The notes below the pieces were generated by a model that was given only the letters and a program-made list of their open reading frames with translations, was not told the DNA's origin and did no database searches. Position numbers and translations under genes: made by a program. A stretch of DNA of 63,847 nt, filler included, from Reticulomyxa filosa (taxonomy: Eukaryota > Protista > Foraminifera), in assembly GCA_000512085.1 (NCBI GenBank). It is 17 parts of 17 records of this genome, joined end to end, with 100 filler letters (N's around TTAATTAATTAA, not from the genome) between each part and the next. Parts side by side here need not be neighbours in the genome. Positions count along the whole stretch, not along the records: positions 23,018 to 44,092 come from ASPP01028422.1; 16 more parts are not named here. The stretch is one strand, 5' to 3'. Of the stretch, positions 25,480-37,400 are shown one piece after another; within the stretch, counting starts at the first letter, position 1, and every line of letters begins with the position of its first letter.

Positions 25480-28400
25480 ATGGCAGAAGAAGATGGAAGG
25501 AAAGAAATTAAAGATTTTTTACAAGTATTGAGAGAACACTTTAGGGAACAAGTCTTTACGTACTTGTTTGACAAGTTAGCCTGCGACGATATGGAAAGTG
25601 TTCTACATATATCGGCTGAAAGATGGAGGGAGCTATTCAAGGAAACACAATTGCCTGAAGGCCAACAGCCAAAACTATTAAAAAAATTGAACGAAAAGCG
25701 CAAAGAAAGTAGCCTGCCACCACTTGACATCAATACTGTTGGAGGAAACGCTGAGAAAGCAGAGTTAAACAATGTATAGAAAAAAAATGTCGAGTCATTT
25801 CCATTTCAAACTAAACAAAACAAAAAAAAATCAAAGTCCACTAAAATCTTCCGAAACAAATTCTGAACGCAGTGATATACTCACTGGACTAGATGCCAAA
25901 GATGACAAAGATATCAAAGAGTCCGTCCAAAAAAAAGCAGAAAATGAGAAAGAATCTGCCCCAAAAGATGTAGAAATGGAAAAACAGTCTACTCCAAAAA
26001 AAGATAAAATTAAGGACCAAGGCAATGTAGAAAACAAGAAAAACGCCATTCAAGAGGACTCTAAAAATGAAAACGAAACCATCGAAAAAGAGATTGAGTT
26101 TGTAAAAATAGTAAGTGTTGATCCGACATCAAATACGATCAGTTTTAGCTTAAAGGTGGGTTGACATAATTACGCTAATGTTTTTTAATTTGCAAATTGA
26201 AAATGGAGCACTTTTTTTGGGTATTGTTGCGAAAATACGTTTACAGCACAACTCAAACGTAATTGTATCTCGAAAAGATATACAATGGAAGTCTTTGTCA
26301 CTGAGACAAGGTGAAGAAATCAAGTGCACATATACGCTGAACGAAAAGAAAAATGTTATAGTAGAAAATATAGAGTGGCCTCCGATGTACCAAGAACAGA
26401 TCACATTTGCTGACAAAACATTTTTTGCTTTTATGAAGCCCTACACCGAAACAAAAAAAGTTTTGTTTTGCTTTATAATTGGATTTTTTATATTTACTTG
26501 TGCTCATTGTATGTTGATGTTGTGAAGATAAGAGTAATATTTCCAATTGATACCGTGTCTGGAGTGACCAAATTACGTGAAGGGGATATATTATCTTTTC
26601 GTCTCCAATTCACACCACAAAAATGGATGCCTGTTGATGTAAAAATAGTAGAAAGAGCTGCCATGTATGCATACATCTTTCTCTCCGCATATATTACTTT
26701 TTTTTACTATTGTCGTTGTTTAACTTGAGTAGTCGTAAAATCAAAGATATCCCAGCCCCTCCAGCAATTAAAGATAAAGCAACAAGCTATGACGATATAA
26801 AGAAGTGGCTCGAAAATCCATCGCAAGGTATACATGTTTGTTTTTTTTGCTTGTGTTAGTTGAGAGTTACATTAATTCGGAGCGTGCTACGTTGGTTTGC
26901 ACAGAACAACCATCGTGGGAAAAGTGGCAAAACAAAGAGTTGTTGAAAATGGGCTCAACCTTGTTGAATCTGTTACAAGAAAGTCAATATAATGATGACA
27001 ATGAAAGCAAAATCGAGCAAGTGATATGGCAAAAGACGGCTATTCAATTCGAATTGATCAAAGAAGTGATTGTAAAGTGTATTGATGAGCCATGCCAAGT
27101 GCCGGATACGTTGTTTCATGTGTTATCTTCCTCAGGACAGAGCCAAGATGCGAAAGAAGATGAAAATGCAAAAAGACAGACTCTACAAACTCAAGTGAAA
27201 AAATGAAGAAATGGTAAAGTTACGCAAGCTCGTGGAAGAATTTCATGAAATGACAGAAGAAGAAAATCGCCAGCATTTGTATCAAAAGTGTGCCGATATT
27301 GTCCTTGAAGAAGAAAGCACAGTGTGTGAGGTTCAATTGGATTTTCCCATAACTGATAGAATTGCGAGGATTTATATTTATTGTCCCGAAACCACAACGG
27401 GCAAAAAAAAGCCAATCATTTTATTCAACCAAAGTATTTTTTTTTTTTTGAGTAGTCCTCAATAGGAAAAAAAAGGAAATATAAAAAATTAACAAAAATA
27501 CAAAAAAATTTTTCAGAGAAATGGAAGGAAGCACAATTGGTAAGCGATGACTTCTTATCTTTATACGTGATTGATCTGCCAGCACTAAAATACACTATTC
27601 ACATTAAACATCGAAATCTACGTACAATCATTGATATTGACACTCAAAAGTATGCCTATTTTGTCGAAATGAAAAAGCAAGACTATTGGCAAAAGGCCCA
27701 AAGTATGTATAATTTCGTCAAGGATAGATGGGTAGAAAATAGCTCTCTATCTCTGAATAACGTTGTGGTTCGTCACGTGATAGAAAACATTGTTGATGAC
27801 AAGTCATTTCAATTTGCACAGCAAGCCTTGTGCGACATAACCAAGGAACTCCAGAATCTCTCCAAAGAACTCAAAGATTTGTTTCTAAAAATGAAAGGCC
27901 AGCTTAACAATATTGATGCAGCTATTAAATTAGTTAAAAATATATGTTGCATATATACATATATAATCTTGGTTTTGTACATTTCGCCATATAAAATTTT
28001 CTAAAAACAGATTTATCAAATTACATTTGCGAGCGAACAGCTCAAAGGACAAAGGGAGCGGCTAAATCCATTGGAATTATTTTATTTAGCGAAATGCGTA
28101 GTAGCAACACCGAAGTGCAATATAATTGAAACAATAAGAAAAGAGTTTTGGAGTGACTTAGAACATAATAAACGAGCAGAGGGCATTCAACAGTTCATGT
28201 TAATTCCTTGTTTTAATCTTTTGGCAAGTGATAATACCATGCGAATACATGAAGAACTTTTGGAATATTTCAACTTCAAACATGTCAATAAAACATCACA
28301 AATGGCCATACGGTGCATAGAAATTATCGAAACAGATCTACAAATTCGACGTAATTTCAATATCAAACCGATATTATTTTCTGAGATGCATTTGATGCAA

Positions 28401-31400
28401 ATATTGCATTCTCAAAAGGATAATATTATGTCGGAAGAAATATTGGAGTCCTTATTGTCCAAAAAAGAACTTGTGACGGTCGAAACGTGGATTAAGTTGT
28501 GCACAACTCCAGACTCCAAATTTTCTAATGTCATTTGTAATTTGTACAAGTGCCATTTTAAAAAGTTTAGTTTATTTGTGGAGAAACTTGAAGCTATTGG
28601 GGCATTGAAAAACGAGCGCCTTTGCAAACTGTTATTGAGTATAATCAATGAAAAAGATTTTCAAGATGCACTGATTCAATCCAAGCAAGATTTGATTTCT
28701 TTTATACAGAAATATGATACTAGTATTTGGCAAAATTATGAGGACGTATTGCAAACTTTATATTGTTATATTGACAAAACAGATAAAATCCATGATGTCA
28801 ATACGATAATGACTACGTTTGATATGCTTTGGAAACATTGTCCATCTGAATCGCAATCTATTGAAAGGCAAGTTAATAATATTACTCAGCGATTGCTAAA
28901 ACGACTTGTAGCCGAAGAGAAATCGATTGAATTGTGGCTGCAACTATTTACGTATCAAACACAAGGAAAAAGACAACACATTTTGAAAGAACTCTTGTTG
29001 CAAAGTTTGAATGAATGGATAGACAACAAGATGATAGGTACAAGTATTGATTCACTTCAACAACTTGCGCAGCTGTTGTTATGTCCAAACTTTTGGACTC
29101 TCCCCAATGAATATCAAACCGCATTTTTGATCGAAATTGAAAAGCAACAGGAGATACTATCTCTGAGTAGCAAAAAATGGAATGAAAAGTCTCTGCAATC
29201 GATGAAAAAACTTTTGGAACAAACATTCGTTGATTCGAAGGTGTTGGACAAAATAGTTGAAATTGTTATAGATATTCCTGTGCAAATGGACTCCGATGTG
29301 AGTAAAGGAGACATAGATAAAGATAAGAATGTAATTGAGGTAAAAGAAGAAAATAACGATGAACGAACAGAAGACAATGAAAAAAAAGAAGAAGTATTTG
29401 TAGAAGAACCGCTTGAAGGAGAAGTGTTTGCAAAAGCGCTTACAGAAGAAGTAGTCATAAAAGAAGCGCCCATAGAAGAAGCGCCCATAGGAGAAGAAAA
29501 TGATAGTGAAAAAGACCATGAAGAAACAAAAGAAAAAGAAAAAGAAAGAAAAAGTAAATGAGGATCAATCGCGGTTGTTAATACATCATTTGGAGTATTG
29601 TTTTTTGTGTATACCATGGTTGTCGTTGATCCAATGTGAATTAAAGAAAGTGCCAAGATTGAACCAGCTACAAGAATTTATAAAGACGACACTCAATACA
29701 TTGTTTGAAATGGCTGACAATAAATCAGTTGCATTTTGTGTATGTGAATTTCTTGCGTGTGATCGTAACGAGTATAACATCCAAAGCAGCTGCAGATCTT
29801 TGTCGGAATGGAAAGACGATAACATGATTCAAAGCAAAGTCAATGCATTATTAGCTATGTTAACAAAGTACAAAAAATTTGTGCATCTGAAACAGTTATT
29901 CATAGCAGTGTTGACCAGTTATATGACATTTGATGATCTTTCTACACAATTACAAGAATTCAGTCACTTTTGTAATAATTGTAATTCAGAGTCATTTCCG
30001 AAAGCGAGCCAAAAATATCAGGATGAACAAAAAATATTTCAAAAAATGGAAGAACCAATGAGACAGTTAGCGAATCTGAAGGACAGTTGTGCATTTAAAA
30101 AGCTGTGGAATCTGTATCGGAAAGAAATGAAAGAACAAAAAAAATTGACATTCGAAACGAGTATGGACGAACTTTATAACCAAGTAAACAAAAGATGGAG
30201 GGAGTTGAGACAAACAATGGAAAAAGAATCATCATCTATGGAAGATTTGAAATGGTTTGAAGCAAGTGAGTTAAGTTTGGAATTACAGTTTTTATTTCCA
30301 AACTGGCCCCCGGAAAGAAGAGAGTCTGTGGCAAAGAGTATCGACGAAAAACGTGAAAAGATTAAACGATTAGAAAAAATGATAGTTCCCTGGGCAAAGC
30401 TGAAAGAAGCCACAGAAACTTTGAAAAAATATCATAAATCAAACCATACAATAAAAAACGATAATAATTGGAATCGTTTTGTCAAATCATTGGAGAACAG
30501 CTCTAAGGTACTTAAAGAACAAGAACCATCGATTCAGCGCTTGTCTCAATGTTATGACGAGTGTGCAAGCTGTTTTGGAAATGAAGCTTTGCAATGTGTG
30601 GAATTGTTGGACTTGATTGTGAAATACGAAAAGACACTGATTGAACAATTGGCAACCAGCGACAACTTTGCAAACAAAGAGCATTTTGCAAACACCTTGG
30701 AGACATTAGACAATTGCAAGGACATTCGATTCCAGCAATTAGTAAGCGCACTGCGTGCAGTCAATGGAAATATTCAGGAATACATTTGGGATGCCAATTT
30801 ACAAGAGACAAGTCAAGTCGCAAGAGCGATTTTAGCAATTCATAGACGCGACAATGAATTCACTATCAGATTTAAAAAGTGCTGCGATGAGGATCTGGGT
30901 CGTATCTCTTTTCTCGTTGAAGAAGCAGGTCAAATGCAGGCTGTACAGAGCTTTAGTTTGTTAGAAAAAGCGCAGAAAATTGGCCAATGGAATTTTGCCG
31001 GATGTGATCAAGTATTACAAGTTAATTCGAATGTCATTGACAGCAATGAAGAGAAAAAACAGAGAAATGAATGGCTCGTCTTGCAAATTGGAGCAGATAA
31101 ACTCAATTATGATCAAATTGAACAAGCAATTGATCGTGTCTTGCTAGGATTTTCCAAAGAAAAGCAGTTAAAAGGAGTGGAGTCACTGATTAAGCAGTTT
31201 GGGACATGCAAAGATATTGAAACATTACGAGTGATGTTTTGGAGGAAAGGTGGTCGCCAAGCGACAGATAAATTGTACTTGTCCGTAAAAGAATCATTGG
31301 AAGTGTTTAAAAATCTACAAAGTGAATGGAAACAAAGATTAGAGGAGTGGCAAAGCGAATGCGTGAAATTGAGAGCTGAGTATCCAATATTGAATTACTT

Positions 31401-34400
31401 TACATTCAATGAAGTTCGTTTTCTTTCCAAGAAATTAAATGATATTGTAAGCTGTGATCCAAATCACCGAGAGATATTGTGTTCCAAGTTTATTTTACCG
31501 TTTTTACAACGTATTGACTCCCATCTCTCTAGCGCCTTGCCCTATGTGGAAAAATGGAAATTTGAAGCTGTGGAAGAGAATAAGATATTAATCCAGTTTG
31601 GGACTGTGTTTTCCGAAATTTGGATCAATTTGAAGAATCATAGTGATGTATATCGCAATACATCTTCATATGAGCTTGAATATAGTAAACCCAATTTAAT
31701 AATTCAGAATGCCAATACAATGCTCAGTGTTTTAGATTTGTTCAAATGTGTTGGAATCATTCCTCGTATCGAACATATTTTGATATGCAAAGAAAACACG
31801 ACGGAAGAGGAAATTGAATGTTTATTGTTTCGGGCAATCACTTCAGCCAACCGAATCCACGAGGAACGAGTAAACTTGCACTCTCCATTGTATTGTTTAA
31901 TGTGGCCAGAAATGTTGCCACTTGAAACATTAGAGCGAGTAACCAAATTGTTTCATACTCTGCTGCTGAGTGGAGAAGCATTGGATAAACTTAAAAAAAT
32001 TCCGTATCTATTGGTTGTTATGTCGACCTCGCCCAATAGCATGCTGTCTCAAAAATTGAACCGTTTTCGCTTGTCTCAACGTATTGGCATGAACGACCAG
32101 ACTCGAAATCTGTTAATTCAGCAATTGTATGGTAAGGATTTGGAAACATTTGCTTCACAAATCCCTCAGCCAATCGCAATAGCAACAACAAGCCATTTGT
32201 GCAATTGTACGTTTCTGATGAAATTGGCATGGGAAAGAGCTTCAAAATTGAACAAGATATTGCATCAATTCGAGAGGTCAATTCAAAGATACAAGCCGTG
32301 CGTGTTGCATTCAACAGCAGTGATATAGATTGGAAAAGTATAATGGAAGGATTTTGGAGATACCATCCTTGTACAAATGAAGAGCAAGTACAAGAGAATC
32401 TAATTGACATTGAAAAAAAAATGTACTAAACTAAATTATCAGGCCGATAACCTTGTCATATATCATTTGGATATTTCCTCTTGTGTTTTGACTTCGATGA
32501 ATACGTTTTTATTTGAGCTTCTTTTTTTGCAACATATCAACACGACATTGAATGTATGGGAATCACAATGTTTCCATGTCAATGCAAACATGGCCTTTTT
32601 AATTGAACTGCCTTTTAAATTGAACGGCATCAAAAATGACTACCAAGAAATATTGCATACGATATTCTCTTTGCCAAGTCTTCCCATTGTTAAAGTTTCC
32701 AAAGACACCAACCCATATGTATTTGGCCCAGAAGCACAGTTTGCTATCAAATGGATGAAGGAATTCTTTGACGGAAACTTAAAGTTTGCAAAAAATATAT
32801 ATGTTTATCACATGAATGAATAAACAAATGAAACAATAGGTATGGAGACCCCAATATGCAACAAATTAGTGATTTGGAGTCCACGGAAATGATTCAAATC
32901 ATGCAAATAAATTGTCCAAAAATGATGCAAGCTTCTCACTTGCATCAAACTGCTTTCTACAAATATCTGCATAACCAATTTTCTCCCTTGTCTACTTCTG
33001 TTTTTTTACGAAACGAAGATATAGAAAGCCAGCGATGGCCTATTCGATTTAAAAACGAAGTTACCAAGTCTGTTATTGAAATGAGCACGGATCTTTTCAG
33101 TCGATTCAACCAAAGAGGGCGCGTATACAGCAAAAAGAGTCTCGAAGAGAGTACAGGAAAGGATAAGTTTTACCTGTGCAAAAAATGGAAGCGCGCCAAC
33201 CATTTTTTATACTTGGTCAACCAAGATGATGTAGGTTTGTCAAATTTGTTGAATTTTTTTAAATGAAAAGCATATACGTAAATTTGTGTATGTACACTAG
33301 TTTTTTACTCAATCCTTTTGCAAAAGGCACGATTTCCATGCTCATCAACGACACAGCATCTATACCTCCACCTTGTTTGCAAGCACTTCGAGATTTGGAT
33401 TTTACACTCCTGAGCTGGAACGAAGAAATGAAACTTCGAAATGATGCGATTGGAACCGAATGGAAGGTCTTTCAATTTTTCTGTTTGTTTGTTATTTTAA
33501 ATAACAACTGAGGGGCTATATATATGTACAAATATATGTTTATATCACTTACATCTTAAAAAAAATGAATGCAACAAAAAAAAAAAAATAAATAAAGAAA
33601 AAAACGAAAGATATGCCGAAGATAGCTGCAGAAATTGAAGAAAAAGAAAAAAGAATCGAGTTATTGTTTCGCGTTGTTGGTACAAAAGAAACATTAAAAG
33701 CAAACATCAAAATGAAGCTCTGGGGAAAAGATTTCAAGCCAAGAGAACAAACTGAAACAAAGGAACAAATTGATGCAAACAAGCAAACTAAAACAAAAGA
33801 ACTGGAGGGAGAGTTCCAACATTATGTATTAACTTATGACAATATATTGAAAATGATTGCAATATATTTGAGGATACAATCCAATACGCCGATTATTTTA
33901 ATGGGAGAAACGGGCTGTGGAAAGACATCACTGATCAAGTATTTGGCCAAAGTAGCCAATGTTTCTTTGCAAGCTATTGATGTCCATGGCGGATTTGGAA
34001 GACATGATCTTCGGAACATTGTCAAAGCATGCGTAAATAAATGGGAGGAGGACGGAAAAAGGATTGCAATGGAAGAGGAAGAGGAAAGGAAAAAGAAAAT
34101 GATTGAGGAAGAAAAGAAAGAGAATGAGGAAAGAAATAGAAAAAAGAGGGAAGAAGAAGAGAACATGAATGAAAACGATAAGAAAAAAATGGAAAAAATG
34201 AAGAAAAATATTGAAGAAATGAAAAAGAGACAGAATGAGAGAGATCGGGAACAATGGATATTTTTAGATGAAATCAATACGTCTCCAGATATTGGTTGGT
34301 TGAACGAATTAGTGTGTAACCATACGTTGGATGGAGTGAAAATACCAGAAGGCATTAAAGTCATTGCTGCATGCAATCCATATCGAAAACGTAAATTGAG

Positions 34401-37400
34401 TGACGAAGAAGATGAATTGCTTGCAAACGATGCATTGAGCAAATACGTATACCGAGTACATCCATTGTGTGAAACCATGAAGGAGTATGTATGGTCATTT
34501 GGAAGATTGTCCAAGCCAGATGAAAAACAATATATTGAAGAAATGGTGAAACAAGTGAAACGTGAGCTTCCATCTACACTACATATAGAGTTTGAAGCGT
34601 GGAAAGATGAAATTTCAAAAAAGATTGCGACAGCTCAAAATTTTTTACTCGAAAATTTGAAAGATAAAGCCATTGTTTCATTACGAGATGTGTCAAGATG
34701 TTTGAAAATATTTGTATGGTTGATGAAACAGTGTTTTATATTGAATAATCATAACTCTATTCCTTGGATTTCTCGGAGTTTGAACATTGCCATTGGGTTA
34801 TGTTATTACTTTCGATTAAATATTGATGAAAGACAAAAATTGAGTAAAAATTTTTCCACAGATAATTTATTTTCCAAATCCTTGGAGCAAGAAGTGGACA
34901 GGTTGTGCAAATCGTTTTTAATTCCTGGAGGTGTTGCATTAAATCAAGGATTAAAAGAAAACTTGTTCATTTTATTCGTGTCGATTATCACAACCACTCC
35001 AATTGTTTTGGTGGGCAAACCAGGCACCTCAAAGACTCTATCTTTTCAAATTGTTCGTGACAACCTTTCTCACAATAAAACAGAGTTTGGAAAAAAATTA
35101 AGTCAAAATAATGTACCTTTCGCCGTTAAACCAATTCATACTATTGCATTCCAATGCACTCGTGATAGCAAACCACAGGGGATTAAAGAGCGATGGGATC
35201 AAGCAATGCGTCACAGTGAGAATAATCAAATCAAGCCAATATTGTTACTCGATGAAATTGGATTGGCTGAGCATTCAAAGCATTCCCCATTAAAGATATT
35301 ACATCAACTTTTGGAAGATCCAAAGATATCTTTTGTTGGGATTTCCAATTGGCCTTTAGATGCCGCGAAGATGAATCGAGTGGTTATGCATCAAATACCA
35401 TCAATGACACCACAAGAGTTAAAAAATACTGGCTTGGAAATGATAAGACACTATCGAGAGAATTTAAGGGTACATGGGGACGAGCTAAAAAACGAATGGT
35501 TAGAAGAGGAAATCGAAAATATTGCCAAAGTTTATGACCGAGTAATCAACACACCCAAAGCATTTGAACCAAAGAATAAAAAAAACTTTTTTGGAGCCCG
35601 TGACTTCTATTCTCTAATCCGATATCAACTCCAAAGTCCTTCTTACCGTGTATCGTTTGAAGGATTTATGAGAAACTTTGGAGGCATTCCAAGAGATGAC
35701 CTGCTCAAAAATTTAGGAGACATTTTCCACAATGTGTTAGGAATTAGCAAAGAAGATATTCTCAAAAAAATGAGTAAATTCACGCCAATGGATTGTGTCC
35801 AACAAAATCTTTTGGACATTCGAACGAATAGATCCAAATTACTCGGAGACAATTATATTGTAAGCCGTCATTGTATGGTTATCAGTGAATCAGAGCATTC
35901 TTGGCAAGTTTTGTTGGAAATGGAATCTTAAGATATGACGACGTGTTTTTATTTAAAAGCAGTTTTGCACATGACCAAAGTTCGAGCATTTCGGATTACG
36001 AACATTTGAACAAAGTCATTAACTGTATGGATACTGGAAAGAGAGTCATTTTGTACAAGTTGGATTCAATTTATGAAAGTTTATATGATATGCTTAACCA
36101 AAGATATCAAAAAAAGCCCTCTGGTAAAAACAGTTTAAAAAATGCCTTTTTCTCATCTTTTAATCATACTATACGCAGAGAACAAAAATATAAGATAAAA
36201 AATAAATAGGAAATGTATATTGCCGAGTTGCTCTGGGAAGTGAGAGTAAAGATTGTTATGTGAAAGATGAATTCAAATGCATAGTGATTGTGCACAAGGA
36301 CACAGCATACGCACCGGAAATGCCAGTTGCATTTTTAAACCGCTTTGAGAAACAGTTGATATCCTATCGCACATCACTACCCTCTGAAACGGAGTCGTGG
36401 ATATCAAAAATAGAAGAGCGGTTAACTCAAGCGTTTAAATTTTCCAAACGATTAGGGAAATTGTTTTGTGGATTCAATAACGATACCATACCTTCGGCAT
36501 TGTCTAGCATTTTAGTACAAAGAAAAGAAGAAGAGTTAAACAATATTGAACTTGATGAAACAACTATAAATGCAGTTATGAATTTATTTAAACCTTTGTG
36601 CTGTCCTGAGATCATCATCGAAATTGCCATTGATCAAAAGGAAAAATTTGACTACAAAAAAGTTGGGCAGGAAGAATTCCCTTCCTTTAGAAAGATTATT
36701 GACTTGCAACTTATGAAGTCGAACAAACAAATGGCAATAATACTTACTGGAGATTTTGAGTGTAATTTACCAGAAGAGTGGAATAACGCAACAAAAAAAG
36801 TAGAGTCCTTCAAAAAATCGAGTGACTTTGAACAAGTCATTCATCATTTCTTCAGTCCAAACAACACAAGCCAAGATCTATTGATTTTGCAGTACGTGCA
36901 CGACTCGAAAAATTTCGGCCACTTTATGCACATCAAACATACCCTGGAACATGCACATCATCGCTACTATTGTTACAAACAAGAAGAGGAAGAAAAAAAA
37001 GAAACAGAACAGAGATTGGTTGTTTTGCTCGTGCATATTAAACCACCAATTTTCAAAAACCCTTTCCCACTAATTTTCTCGAGAAAATGGAACTTTACAT
37101 ATGTTGATAACTTAAGTTCGATCGGGCTCACACAATTGAAAACGCTGCTTTCACAAACCATGCCAGATGTGCTTGAAAGTGATACATGTAATAATCGCTT
37201 AAATGACGCGATTCGGCGAGCATTTGCACGACTCCAGTTCCCTGTCCATAAAAATGAAGGTGGTGATATACAAAAACTATCTATTTTATTTAACGAATCG
37301 AATGAAACTAAGAAATGCCGAGAAGAAATCGTTTTAAAATTAAAGCAAATATTTCAAGAAAAAGGCGTAGTATCCGAACCCATTGTATGCATTTTAAATA

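Noticed and set aside
29530-35931. Programmed frameshifting, or several separate genes, in the RNF213-like locus (breaks at ~29550, ~32157, ~32420, ~35920) and in PLK (~7243, ~6570)
   Set aside because: Each break is repaired by a small indel in a base run and restores conserved motifs, which is typical of pyrosequencing-type homopolymer error. No consistent slippery site or stimulatory structure was seen.
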